DNA from: Candidatus Iainarchaeum sp.
GTDB taxonomy: Archaea > Iainarchaeota > Iainarchaeia > JAGGVJ01
Direction: 5' to 3'
Assembly: GCA_021158055.1 (NCBI GenBank)
Contig: JAGGVJ010000026.1
Span: 1 to 59,456 of the forward strand
DNA: 59,456 bases
The notes under the pieces were generated by a model, which did not search any database, was not told the DNA's origin, and saw only the letters and a program-made list of their open reading frames with translations. A program made the translations under genes and the position numbers. This document shows positions 24,829 to 34,281 of the stretch, in pieces. The first letter of the stretch is position 1. Each line of letters starts with the position of its first letter.

Positions 24829-25218
24829 TCACTTTCTTATTACTTCCCCTGCGTCTGCATTTACTTCAAGAACATCCCCTGAGTTTATTTTTGAAGTGTC
24901 GATTTTGTCAACGCACGGTATTGCTGAAAGTATTGCTCCAGTTGCAACGATTGTTTCGCATTCGTCGTTTAAGATTGCTTTTGGTGCCGTTCCTTCTTTT
25001 TTCATCTGGTAAAGCACATATGAACCAACAGTGCTTCCTTTGCCAAACGGGAACACCAGTATTTTTCCTGAAACGCACTGTCCTTTTATGTCACTGTCCT
25101 GTTGCGTGATTATCCCTGTTTTCGGGTCTATTCCCCCAAGCGGCGAAATCGGTTTCCTTGAAACAACTGCGACTCCGTTTACGATTCCTTTTTCTACTGT
25201 TCTTCCGGTCAGTTTCAT
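24829..25218 (-). CDS. aconitase X small subunit (DUF126) / phosphomevalonate dehydratase small subunit
   Basis: 129-aa swivel-domain-like protein (ILVFPFGKGSTVGSYVL) that overlaps the DUF521-type large subunit by 4 nt. Confidence 0.75.
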   Translation of the reverse strand: MKLTGRTVEKGIVNGVAVVSRKPISPLGGIDPKTGIITQQDSDIKGQCVSGKILVFPFGKGSTVGSYVLYQMKKEGTAPKAILNDECETIVATGAILSAIPCVDKIDTSKINSGDVLEVNADAGEVIRK

Positions 25219-26411
25219 TTCGAATACCTCTCTATCAGGTTTTTCACGCTGTCAAATTCTACTTTTTGGCCGTTGAATGACGGCAGGTAGTTTGCCGCTT
25301 TTCCTGAGTTGGTGGCGGTTTTCCTGAAGCCGATCTCGTGTATCGGCGATACCACCATGCATGTGTCACACACAAGCTTTGCGCCGGATTCCTCTATTTT
25401 TTTAGTGTAGCCCATCCTGTCGGAAAGGGCTTTCATTGCAATTGAAGTGCATACCCACATTTCTTTTTCAAGTCGTTTGCCGTCAAGCATTTCCGAAATG
25501 CTTCCAAGCTCTGTTATTGAACAGTGCGGGCAGCCGATTGCTATCAGATCAACGTCTTCTTTCGTTGTGGTAAGTTCTTCAAAAGCATTTTTCAGGTCTT
25601 TTTGTTCAACAGTGTGTGTTTGAAACCCTTCTTTTACAGGCATTGTTTTGATTGCCTCGGGTGTGATCCCCTCTACATGGTACAATGCAACCGCCCCGCT
25701 TGCCGCTGCCGCTGCCCCGAGCATTTTCAACTGATTGATTGTTGCTTTTTTTATTCCTTTTATCGCCGGCACTTTTTTTCCCGCGATTTTTCCGACTATG
25801 TGTCCAAGCGCCCCAAAGTCCGCGGGTTCAACCAAATCCGCGCTGACTTCAATCAACACTTCCGCCACGCGGTTTTCATCAAGATGTTTTCCGTAGCAGG
25901 GTGTTTTCCCGATGATTGCGGCCGCAAGCGCTGAAGGCCCCCCCTCGCGGTTTGTCCTTGCCCCTGCAACGCTGTTTGCAAACGATACTGCCGAGGATTC
26001 CGACCACGCAAGGTGCGACCCGAACAAAGGTGGGTTTCCTGCCAGGTAAGGCGTGCAGGTTGACGCTGTAACCACCCCGAGTTTCCTGAACGCTTCAACT
26101 ATTTCAACTTGTTTTTTTGCAAATTCTTCAGGAACGTTCATTTCCCTGTGGTTTTTCAAGTCCATTCCCGCCGGGTTCATAAAACACGGAACGCGAACCC
26201 TTGCCCCTTCGTCTGCAAACCCCTCCAAAAATTCCAGTCCTGCGTCCCCGATTGTTTTATAGGATACTCCTGCGGCTTGAGCGGATTGTATTTCCACCAT
26301 TTTTTCAGCGCCGTAAATGTCTCCGAGGCGCACGAGAAGATTCATGGCTTTCCTTGCGGTTTCGCCGAATTCACCTTCAAGCATTTTTTCTTCTTCTTTT
26401 GTCAAGTACAT
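25215..26411 (-). CDS. aconitase X large subunit (DUF521) / phosphomevalonate dehydratase large subunit
   Basis: 398 aa. MYLTKEEEKMLEGEFGE start typical of AcnX. Cys-containing motifs (STCTPY, IGCPHCS, CDTCMV). Mevalonate-cluster context. Confidence 0.8.
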   Translation of the reverse strand: MYLTKEEEKMLEGEFGETARKAMNLLVRLGDIYGAEKMVEIQSAQAAGVSYKTIGDAGLEFLEGFADEGARVRVPCFMNPAGMDLKNHREMNVPEEFAKKQVEIVEAFRKLGVVTASTCTPYLAGNPPLFGSHLAWSESSAVSFANSVAGARTNREGGPSALAAAIIGKTPCYGKHLDENRVAEVLIEVSADLVEPADFGALGHIVGKIAGKKVPAIKGIKKATINQLKMLGAAAAASGAVALYHVEGITPEAIKTMPVKEGFQTHTVEQKDLKNAFEELTTTKEDVDLIAIGCPHCSITELGSISEMLDGKRLEKEMWVCTSIAMKALSDRMGYTKKIEESGAKLVCDTCMVVSPIHEIGFRKTATNSGKAANYLPSFNGQKVEFDSVKNLIERYSK

Positions 26412-26446
26412 TGTTTCCCCCGCTTTCGGTCAATTATTTTCTCACG

Positions 26447-27778
26447 TTACAGGTAGTCATTTAAATTTATTTTGTCTTCTCCCGGAACTTTCACCTGCAT
26501 AAAGTGTTCTTCCGGAAGCTTGAACGGCCGCGTTGCATCTATTATCCATTTTGTCATCGTGCCTTCTTCCATGTTCTGGCTGGGATCAAGAGAGCTTCCT
26601 TTCGCGTGAGGCACTATCACCACGTCGCGGTCTGCCTGCACCCTGGTGGTTATTGCCCATTCCACCTGAACCGGGTCGGTTATGTCAATATCTTCATCCA
26701 CTATTACCACTCTTTTCATTGACGGATGCGCTGCCAACGCAGCCATTCCCGCGTTTTTGCCATCTCCCTCGTTTCTCACTTTTATGGATACGACGCCGTG
26801 CAGCCACGAGCACCCTCCTTCTGTCAGAACCACGTTTTTGACATGCGGAATTGTGTTTGAGACTATTTTGTGGATTCTCGGCTCCTGCGGAACCCCCATC
26901 AATATGCGGTGCTCTGTTCCTCCCGGAAGGATGTTTTGATAAAGCGCGTCTTTTCTCATGAAAAGTTCTTCGACTTCAAGAAGCGGCTCTTTCCTCACAA
27001 GGTCCCATGTCCCGCTCAGGTCTACGAACGGCCCTTCGTCTTCAAGCCTGTCAGGGTAAATACTTGCCTTGAATACGACTTCCGCGCTTGAAGGCACGGG
27101 AATGTCCCCTACTTTGGCTGCCTTGAAGTTGCCGTCAAGAAGCGAGTTTGCAAGTTTGAATTCATCCATTCCAAGGTTGTATGAAGTGGCGGCAGCTGCT
27201 TCTATTGCCGGGTGAACTCCGAAAAACACTGCAACAGGCACTTTTTCATTATATTTTTTCATTATTGTATAAAGGTGGCGTTTTGTGATTCGGATTGAGA
27301 ATCTGTTGTCTCCAAGGTACATCATCCTGTGAAACGAAACGTTTGGAACTTTGGTTTCAGGGTCAATAACAGAAACAATGCTTGCAGAGGTGTATGTACG
27401 TTCTTCTTTTTCATAAAACTTTGTGAGGGGCAGGTGTTTTATAAGATCTGGACTCTTGAATGATTTTTCCTCAAATGTCCCTTTTTCAAACTTGTATCCA
27501 AAGGATTCATAGTCAGCCATCGCTTTTGATATCTTTGAAATGATATCCTGACGCGTTCCGCCAAGCGCCTCGCCCAAGAGATCTCTTGAACTTGCAATGC
27601 CGCTTACCACTTTTACGTCATCATACCCTTTTACGTTTTCAAACACGGATATTTTTCCTTCGGTTTTTGTCATGAGGGCCGCTATTTCGTACTCGCTTGA
27701 GACCGGTTTTTTTACCCTGATTACCCTGTCTTTTTTTTCCTGTTCGCTTATAAATCCACGAAGTCCCATTGTTTTCAC
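26447..27778 (-). CDS. UbiD-family decarboxylase (likely anhydromevalonate phosphate decarboxylase)
   Basis: 443-aa UbiD-fold protein. Genomic linkage to UbiX, AcnX, MVK and IPK matches the archaeal mevalonate pathway. Confidence 0.8.
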   Translation of the reverse strand: MKTMGLRGFISEQEKKDRVIRVKKPVSSEYEIAALMTKTEGKISVFENVKGYDDVKVVSGIASSRDLLGEALGGTRQDIISKISKAMADYESFGYKFEKGTFEEKSFKSPDLIKHLPLTKFYEKEERTYTSASIVSVIDPETKVPNVSFHRMMYLGDNRFSIRITKRHLYTIMKKYNEKVPVAVFFGVHPAIEAAAATSYNLGMDEFKLANSLLDGNFKAAKVGDIPVPSSAEVVFKASIYPDRLEDEGPFVDLSGTWDLVRKEPLLEVEELFMRKDALYQNILPGGTEHRILMGVPQEPRIHKIVSNTIPHVKNVVLTEGGCSWLHGVVSIKVRNEGDGKNAGMAALAAHPSMKRVVIVDEDIDITDPVQVEWAITTRVQADRDVVIVPHAKGSSLDPSQNMEEGTMTKWIIDATRPFKLPEEHFMQVKVPGEDKINLNDYL

Positions 27779-27959
27779 CTACAAAACGGTTTTGAAAGCC
27801 AAAAGCCAGACACACAAATAAAAAGTAACGCAGTGTGTTTTTCACAAACCGGTTAGACCTTGTTTTGCCTGTTAAAACAACTCATGCAGAATATAATAAG
27901 TTTCACTTCAAAAAACAGTATTTTCAGACAATTATCTGACAAATTGTGAAAATCGCAAA

Positions 27960-28949
27960 TCAATCGTTTTCACGCTTGTTGTCGCTGGCGGGACCGATTG
28001 CGGTTTTTATCGGTGTTCCTCCAGCAGAAATTATCGCATCAGATATTTTGTCAACGTCACTTTCCTTTACAAGCGCAATCATGCAGCCGCCGTCTCCGCC
28101 CCCGGTGAGTTTTGCTCCAAGCGCTCCTGCTTTGCGGGCCGCAAACACAAGGTTTTCAAGCTCAATGCAGCTTACTCCAAGAGAATTCAAAAGGCCGTGG
28201 CTTAAATCCATTAAAAACCCGAGCTTTTTCAGGTCACTTTCTTCCATTGCTTCTTCTGCTTCAAGCATTATTTTTTCCGCTTCAAGTAAAATTTCTTTTT
28301 TTTGGCTTATGATCGGCTTGATCCTGTGCGGGTGGCTGTCCATTAACTGTCGAACAAACGACACGGTTTTTTTTGTGGAGCCATGTTTTCCGGTGTAGCC
28401 GATGACCAGATGCAGTGTTGTCTTCAGTTCAAGAGGGATTATCTTGTCCGGTTTTTCAAAATGAATCACTCCCCCGGAGCCGGATATGGTAGTGTCAACC
28501 CCGGAGGGGTTGCCGTGGATTATTTTTTCCACTTCGTGAGCGTGTTTTTGCATGTCAAACCCGCTTTGGTCAATGCCGTACTCTTTTGAGAGCGCCAAAA
28601 GCAATGCAACTGCAAGCGCGGCGCTTGACCCGAGTCCCGAGCCCATTGGAAAATCCGACCAAACCCTGATTTTTAAACCTGTTGGATTGTGCAGTTTCCA
28701 TATCTCGCGAATGCATCCTTTTATGGCTTCAATGCTCGTGTCTCCTTTTTCCTGAACTTCTTCAAAGGAAAAGATTTTGCTTTCAATATTTATGTCAGGA
28801 GCAGTTATTTCAACTCTGTCGCCGGAAACTATTTCAACCACTGCGTGAGTTTTTTTGTCTATCGCTGACGCTATTGCCGGTGTTCCATACACCACAGAGT
28901 GTTCTCCGAACAAAATGACTTTTCCGGGCGCTGAAGCTTTTGAAACCAT
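27960..28949 (-). CDS. mvk: mevalonate kinase
   Basis: GHMP kinase motifs APGKVILFGEHSVVYG and PMGSGLGSSAA. Confidence 0.9.
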   Translation of the reverse strand: MVSKASAPGKVILFGEHSVVYGTPAIASAIDKKTHAVVEIVSGDRVEITAPDINIESKIFSFEEVQEKGDTSIEAIKGCIREIWKLHNPTGLKIRVWSDFPMGSGLGSSAALAVALLLALSKEYGIDQSGFDMQKHAHEVEKIIHGNPSGVDTTISGSGGVIHFEKPDKIIPLELKTTLHLVIGYTGKHGSTKKTVSFVRQLMDSHPHRIKPIISQKKEILLEAEKIMLEAEEAMEESDLKKLGFLMDLSHGLLNSLGVSCIELENLVFAARKAGALGAKLTGGGDGGCMIALVKESDVDKISDAIISAGGTPIKTAIGPASDNKREND

Positions 28950-29037
28950 GCAATCACAATTGAGTTTTCAGTTAATTTTGTGTTTTTGTTGAGTGTGTCA
29001 ACTGATTAACACTTTGTCCCAGACTAAATAAATAGTT

Positions 29038-29078
29038 TGCATTAACAGGTCTGCATTAAAGGACTTGCATTGAATGCA
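29038..29078. promoter_or_regulatory. candidate operator upstream of the mevalonate operon (TGCATT half-sites)
   Basis: TGCATTAA at 29038 and 29052, and the perfect palindrome TGCATTGAATGCA at 29066-29078, with 14-bp phasing. Lies 90-130 bp upstream of the mvk start. Confidence 0.3.
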
Positions 29079-29120
29079 TTTATCCAGAAAACACATTATT
29101 TGTTCCGTTTATCAGTTTGC

Positions 29121-29942
29121 TCATTTGACAAACATTTTTTCAGCAACTTTTTTGATTTCTGCCGCGCTTTCAACTGTTGCGCTCGGGGGATTTCCAAAAA
29201 ACGTTTGAGGCACGTCTGACCTTACAAAAATAGTTTTCATTCCAACGTTTGCTGCACCAACTATATCTACTGCATAGTTGTCTCCGACCATCACTGAATG
29301 GCCTGGTTTTGCGTTGAATTGCTTCAGTGCATTTTCAAAAAACTGCTTTGACGGCTTTCCTATTACCCTGAAGCCACAACCGCACACATTGTCTATCATC
29401 CCAGCAATTGAACCTGGTCCAAGCACTTTGCCGTTTTCAGCCAAACCCCACTTGTCTCCCTCAATCAAAACAAGTTCAGCCCCCAAAAACACTGCCTGAA
29501 ACACCTTGTTCATATTGTTCCATGTCATGTCTGGGTAAAACGCTAACAGAACCATGTCGCATTCTTGCAGTTCAACAAAAGAAAATCCTTCTTTTTCAAA
29601 TTCTTTTTTCACTTTTTCCCTGCAAAAAAAACAGACTTTTTTATCTTTTGCCTCTCCTGAAAGAAATCTTTTTGCCGAGTCAAGCACGCTGCAAAACTGC
29701 GAGACATCCACCTTGAATCCGTCAGACAAAAACTGTTTGCAGTATTCTTGTTTTGTTTTTCTGACTGAGTTTGATAATAAAACCGCATTGAATTTATTCT
29801 GAACACTGTTAAACGCTTCAACTGCTCCCGGGAGAATTTCCCCGCTTGAGTAAAGCACTCCGTCAATGTCAAAAAATATTGTTTTTTTCAATTTATCCCT
29901 CTTTTGCGTGCAAATAATACAAAAATCACCCTTAAAATACAA
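29121..29942 (-). CDS. HAD-superfamily (subfamily IIA-like) phosphatase
   Basis: FFDIDGVL motif I. GKPS...VMVGDNYAVDIVGA motifs III/IV. The start codon is uncertain. Confidence 0.7.
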   Translation of the reverse strand: MYFKGDFCIICTQKRDKLKKTIFFDIDGVLYSSGEILPGAVEAFNSVQNKFNAVLLSNSVRKTKQEYCKQFLSDGFKVDVSQFCSVLDSAKRFLSGEAKDKKVCFFCREKVKKEFEKEGFSFVELQECDMVLLAFYPDMTWNNMNKVFQAVFLGAELVLIEGDKWGLAENGKVLGPGSIAGMIDNVCGCGFRVIGKPSKQFFENALKQFNAKPGHSVMVGDNYAVDIVGAANVGMKTIFVRSDVPQTFFGNPPSATVESAAEIKKVAEKMFVK

Positions 29943-30026
29943 AAACTATCATTAAGTAACAATTAACGAATCATAAATAATTACTTATGCATACAACTGC
30001 TGCAAACACCCAGACAAACAAAAAAA

Positions 30027-30866
30027 TCAGTAAAACGCAATCGAAGCGTACCCAACAACGTTTGACTCGTCTTGTGTAACTTGTGCTGAAGTAGAGTATT
30101 TCAAGAGTTTTGATTTTTTCGCACCGTCAAGCCTTGCAAATTCACAGGCAGTGACCATCGGGCCAACCCCGCACGCAGTGACGTTGTTTTGGAGCACGTA
30201 GTCATAAAATTCGTTTGTCTTAAAATCAAGAAGATAGTTTATTGCTTCAATGTCTTTTTTCTCAGCGACTTGTTTTGGAACGAAGTGTGAAAAGTCACTG
30301 CTTGCAATTACCTGAAGGTTTACCTTGAGGTCTTTTGAAACTTTGTGCAGGATTCCTGCAAGTTCTGTTGATACTTCAATGCTTTGGTCGTTTAAAAGCA
30401 ATGCTACAAAATTGAAGTCCTTGAAACAGTATTGAAGAAACGGAATTTGCACTTCAAGCGAGTGTTCTATTGAGTGCTGTTGTTCGTTTGCAGAGATTAT
30501 GTCAAAGTTTTCCGCAAGGTAGTTTGAAAAAGAAGCGTTGATGTTTGCCGACCCCAACGGAGTCAGCCACTGGGAAGACGCAGAAACTACAACGTGTCCG
30601 TTTCCCCTGCCATGGTTTGGCCCTATCAAAACAAAGGTGTCGCGCTTGGATTCCCCTGCAAGCGCTGAAAATGAATGGGCTGCAACCCTGCCACTGTAAA
30701 GATATCCTGCGTGGGGGCTGATAACTACCTTGGCTTGTGTTTTTGATTTGTGGTTCAGTTTAAGGTTTTCAAGTTCAAAACAAGTCCTGATTTGCTTCAA
30801 AAGCATTTCCGGAGCTGATTCGTAAAACATTCCCTGTACGCACGGTTGCCTTATCATTTTTTTCAC
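30027..30866 (-). CDS. MEMO1-family protein (AmmeMemoRadiSam system protein B)
   Basis: VISPHAGYLYSGRVAAHSF, IGPNHG, EHSLEVQIPFLQ and SSDFSHF motifs. Confidence 0.8.
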   Translation of the reverse strand: MKKMIRQPCVQGMFYESAPEMLLKQIRTCFELENLKLNHKSKTQAKVVISPHAGYLYSGRVAAHSFSALAGESKRDTFVLIGPNHGRGNGHVVVSASSQWLTPLGSANINASFSNYLAENFDIISANEQQHSIEHSLEVQIPFLQYCFKDFNFVALLLNDQSIEVSTELAGILHKVSKDLKVNLQVIASSDFSHFVPKQVAEKKDIEAINYLLDFKTNEFYDYVLQNNVTACGVGPMVTACEFARLDGAKKSKLLKYSTSAQVTQDESNVVGYASIAFY

Positions 30867-30904
30867 TTATTTTTTTCACTTGGCTGCCTGGATTGAAACG
30901 TTTA

Positions 30905-31564
30905 TCACGGCTTCCATTCAAAGTCTTCAACTGTTGATGAAAACGATTCGTCGTCTGCCAGCCCTTTCAGTTTCATTATTTCTTTTGTAAGCACCCAGTA
31001 AACAAGCGCGATTGATTTTCTTCCCTTGTTGTTTGCAGGAATAACCAAGTCAACGTTTTTTACCAGGTTGTTTGTGTCGCATATTGCAATTATGGGTATT
31101 CTTTGCTGGGTCGCTTCTTTCACTGCCTGCTTGTCTGCTATCGGGTCAGTGACCATGAGTATTTTCGGTTCCGAAAATTCCCTTATTTTCGGGTTTGTGA
31201 GGCTTCCCGGAACAAATCGCTTTTCCATGAACTTGAACCCGGTTAACTTTGAGAACATTTTGATTGCGTCTTTTCCGTAAAGCCTTCCTGATACCACGAG
31301 AACTTCTTCCGGTGAATAAGTTGAAAGAAGTTTTGCGGCCATTTTTATTCTTTCCTCTATCTTCTGCACGTCAAGAACATGCAGTCCGTCTTGTCTGGAC
31401 TTGTAGATGTATTTTCTCATGTCCCCTGTCTTAAACTTTGAACCGATGTGAACACCGCTTTTAAGGTACACGTCAACGTCGTTTATAGCTGAAGTCGGCT
31501 GCGTTTCAGATGTTTCCTGCGCTCCTTGTGTTTCTTGTGTATCATTTGTTATTTCGTCACTCAT
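30905..31564 (-). CDS. rps2: 30S ribosomal protein uS2
   Basis: Conserved uS2 core (GVHIGSK..., PIIAICDTN) with a short acidic N-terminal extension. Canonical eno-rps2 neighbourhood. Confidence 0.9.
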   Translation of the reverse strand: MSDEITNDTQETQGAQETSETQPTSAINDVDVYLKSGVHIGSKFKTGDMRKYIYKSRQDGLHVLDVQKIEERIKMAAKLLSTYSPEEVLVVSGRLYGKDAIKMFSKLTGFKFMEKRFVPGSLTNPKIREFSEPKILMVTDPIADKQAVKEATQQRIPIIAICDTNNLVKNVDLVIPANNKGRKSIALVYWVLTKEIMKLKGLADDESFSSTVEDFEWKP

Positions 31565-32766
31565 ATAACCACCGTTAATTTTGCTTTTGTTTTTTCTTCT
31601 ATCCTGATTAATTCGTTTAATTTGCTTATCCGCTCTCCTCCGACAACACCTGTCTTTATGAACGGCGCATTGAGTCCTGCTGCCAGGTGTGCTATTGTGT
31701 CGTCGGTTGTTTCGCCTGAACGGTGCGATATGACCGGAACCAACTTGTTTTTTTGCGCAAGCCGCACTGCGTCAATTGCTTTTGAAATGTTTCCTATTTG
31801 GTTCGGCTTGATTATCAATGAATTGCATGCGCCGATTTCAATTCCTTTTTCAAGGCGCGAAACGTTTGTCACAAACAGGTCATCTCCGCAGAGAAGTGTT
31901 TTTGAAGCTGTTTGTTTCGTGAGGTCTGCAAACCCTTCAAAGTCGTTTTCTTCCAGGGGATCCTCAACGTACGCGAGTTCGAACCTGTCAATTGTTTCGC
32001 ATACAAACGAAATCATTTCTTCTTTGTTCATCTGTTTTCCGTCAACAGTATAAGTGCTTGTTTTTGAGTCAAAGAGCTCGCTTGCCGCAATATCCACTCC
32101 GACTCTCACTTTTATTCCGGTTTCGTCAAATACTTGATTTGCGCAGTCATACACCAGTGAAAGCGCCTCAGCCGAACTGGCCGAAACGGTCCAGCCCCCT
32201 TCATCGCTTTTGCAGAACACGACTTTTTTGTCTTTTAATCTTGACTTGATTTTTGCGTGCACTAAAGCGTTTGTTTTGCATGCTGATTCAAAGGTTTTTG
32301 CCCCTGTCGGAACAACAAGAAGTTCCTGAAAATCCATTGCTTCCGGTGCTGCGTGTGCACCCCCTCCAAAGACGTTCCCAAGCGGGATTGGAAGCGTGGG
32401 GGAGCCAAGCAACTCAAAGCGTTGTTTTTCTTCTGTCATTGCCTGTGCTTTGAGCGCTGCAAACGATGCGGACGTGGAAACAGCACCCCCGACTTTTGAA
32501 AAGTTCGTTGTGCCGTCTGCTTTTGCAATGATATCATCTGCTTCCTGAAACGTTGTTGAGCCGGGCAAAAGCTGCGATATTAAGTTGTTTGCGTCTTTAA
32601 CAAGTTGCGGAACGGGTTTCGGTGCAAATACTGCTTCAAAGCTCCCTGAACTTGCACCAGTGGGACTTGATCCGATAGCAATTCCTTTTTTTGTGTGCAG
32701 TTCGCACTCGCAAGTAATGTTTCCCCGCGAGTTCAAAATTTCCCGAAACTTTGCCTTGGTTATCAA
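31561..32766 (-). CDS. eno: enolase
   Basis: ILNSRGN, SPTGASSG, IKPNQIGN and SHRSGETTD motifs. Confidence 0.9.
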   Translation of the reverse strand: MITKAKFREILNSRGNITCECELHTKKGIAIGSSPTGASSGSFEAVFAPKPVPQLVKDANNLISQLLPGSTTFQEADDIIAKADGTTNFSKVGGAVSTSASFAALKAQAMTEEKQRFELLGSPTLPIPLGNVFGGGAHAAPEAMDFQELLVVPTGAKTFESACKTNALVHAKIKSRLKDKKVVFCKSDEGGWTVSASSAEALSLVYDCANQVFDETGIKVRVGVDIAASELFDSKTSTYTVDGKQMNKEEMISFVCETIDRFELAYVEDPLEENDFEGFADLTKQTASKTLLCGDDLFVTNVSRLEKGIEIGACNSLIIKPNQIGNISKAIDAVRLAQKNKLVPVISHRSGETTDDTIAHLAAGLNAPFIKTGVVGGERISKLNELIRIEEKTKAKLTVVI

Positions 32767-32835
32767 ATTTCCACCTGTATTGCGCTTTACTTTTTTAACT
32801 TACACTACATTACTGCACCAAGCAACATGAAAAAT

Positions 32836-33081
32836 TCATGCAGTGCTTTTGGATTCTTTCTGTTCAGTTGTTTTTTCAATGTCCTTTTCCTGTTTCGCTC
32901 CAGCTGGTTTTCTGTGCTTTACATCTATCGGTGTCGCGCCTTCCTGAAATTCATACACTGCTATTTTAAGCGAGTCCCACATTCCTTTCGGGAGCTTCAC
33001 GAGCACTGGCGCCCCCATAGATATCTGAAGCGCTCTTGCGCTTATTATTCTTGCCTTTTCGTATTTTGAAACTGAAATCAT
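32836..33081 (-). CDS. rpoK: DNA-directed RNA polymerase subunit K (Rpo6)
   Basis: SKYEKARIISARALQISMGAP motif. Confidence 0.85.
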   Translation of the reverse strand: MISVSKYEKARIISARALQISMGAPVLVKLPKGMWDSLKIAVYEFQEGATPIDVKHRKPAGAKQEKDIEKTTEQKESKSTA

Positions 33082-33112
33082 GCAATCACTCCATTATTTT
33101 AATGCCCTCTTG

Positions 33113-33190
33113 TGGTGGGGCCGCCGCGATTTGAACGCGGGTTTCTACCTCCCCGAGGTAGGGGGATGGACCAAACTACCCTACGGCCCC
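33113..33190 (-). tRNA. tRNA-Pro (anticodon GGG) with encoded CCA
   Basis: Reverse complement GGGGCCG-TA-GGGT...-CTACC-TCGGGGA-GGTAG-AAAC-CCGCG-TTCAAAT-CGCGG-CGGCCCC-A-CCA. Full cloverleaf. The anticodon loop reads U-C-GGG-G-A, so position 33 is C, which is unusual. Confidence 0.8.
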
Positions 33191-33193
33191 CCA

Positions 33194-33388
33194 CTATATC
33201 GTAAACGGAAGTATTTCATCCAACAGATCAACGTGAGAGAAAATTGTTTTTCTGCAGCAGTACCTCTCTACTTTGAGGTCGTCAAGAACTGCTTTTGCTT
33301 CTTCGCCTTCATTTACTCTTCTTTTGTATTCTTCATATATTGCGGAAACTGGTTTTCCGCATGAAAAACATCTTACCGGAATCATCAT
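33194..33388 (-). CDS. rpoN: DNA-directed RNA polymerase subunit N (Rpo10)
   Basis: MMIPVRCFSCGKPV...ERYCCRKTIFSHVDL zinc-binding motif. The start is set at the internal MM, 8 nt after the rps9 stop. Confidence 0.85.
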   Translation of the reverse strand: MMIPVRCFSCGKPVSAIYEEYKRRVNEGEEAKAVLDDLKVERYCCRKTIFSHVDLLDEILPFTI

Positions 33389-33395
33389 TTTTGAA

Positions 33396-33845
33396 TCACC
33401 TGTATGACTTTTGATATTTTGACCTTGCACCTGGACCAAGTTGCTTTTTTGACTCTTTTCTTCGCGGGTCATCAACAAGCATTGACCTGTCAATTGTTTT
33501 TATTTTTTCTTCCAGTTCCTCTGATTTCGAGTATGCAACTATTGCTTTTGTTATCGATGTCCTGATTGCTTCCGCCTGACCCATGACCCCTCCTCCTTTG
33601 ACAGATATTTTTATGTCAACGGTGTCTTTTATGGGCCCGACAACTGAAAGAGGTTCAATTACAAACTCCCGCATCATTTTTGGTTCAAAAAGTTCTATTG
33701 GAACGGAATTTATTCTTATTTTCCCTGTTCCGGCTTTAATCGAAGCCCTTGCAATCGCTGTTTTTCTTTTTCCTTTTGAAAGCAGTGTTTCGTTTTTTGC
33801 TTTGGATTTTTTTGTTGTTTTTTTTGCTGCTGCCATGTAATTCAC
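33396..33845 (-). CDS. rps9: 30S ribosomal protein uS9
   Basis: GGGVMGQAEAIR...ARSKYQKSYR C-terminus. Basic N-terminal extension. Confidence 0.9.
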   Translation of the reverse strand: MNYMAAAKKTTKKSKAKNETLLSKGKRKTAIARASIKAGTGKIRINSVPIELFEPKMMREFVIEPLSVVGPIKDTVDIKISVKGGGVMGQAEAIRTSITKAIVAYSKSEELEEKIKTIDRSMLVDDPRRKESKKQLGPGARSKYQKSYR

Positions 33846-34277
33846 CTAAATTTTTGCCCCGAGTTTTTTTGAAAGTCGCGCGACAGTAATGTGTTTTGAA
33901 TCGCCTGTGAATTCAGCTTCTTTTACTGTAATTGCTTTTGAGGATTCGAATTCTTTCGGAACATTCATGTATACCATCAGGTTTTTGAATGCTTTTTGCC
34001 CCCTGGCCTGCCTCACCGGAAGCATTCCGCGCACGGTTCTTCTTACAAGCATGTCCGGCATTCTTGGAAAATGCGGCCCTTTTAACGGATTTGACAAATC
34101 CGCCCTGTCAACTCTTTGCTTGTAGTTTGCGTAGATTTGCTTTTCACTGCCGACTATAATCACTTTTTCAGCGTTTATGATGTCGATTTTTTTTCCTTTA
34201 AGCAATTCTTCTGCGACTTTGCTTGCAAGCCTTCCTAAAATAAGATTTTTTCCGTTTATAACTGTCATTTTATCCAC
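33846..34277 (-). CDS. rpl13: 50S ribosomal protein uL13
   Basis: GKNLILGRLASKVAE...RRTVRGMLP motifs, in the rpl13-rps9 pair. Confidence 0.9.
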   Translation of the reverse strand: MDKMTVINGKNLILGRLASKVAEELLKGKKIDIINAEKVIIVGSEKQIYANYKQRVDRADLSNPLKGPHFPRMPDMLVRRTVRGMLPVRQARGQKAFKNLMVYMNVPKEFESSKAITVKEAEFTGDSKHITVARLSKKLGAKI

Positions 34278-34281
34278 CCCG

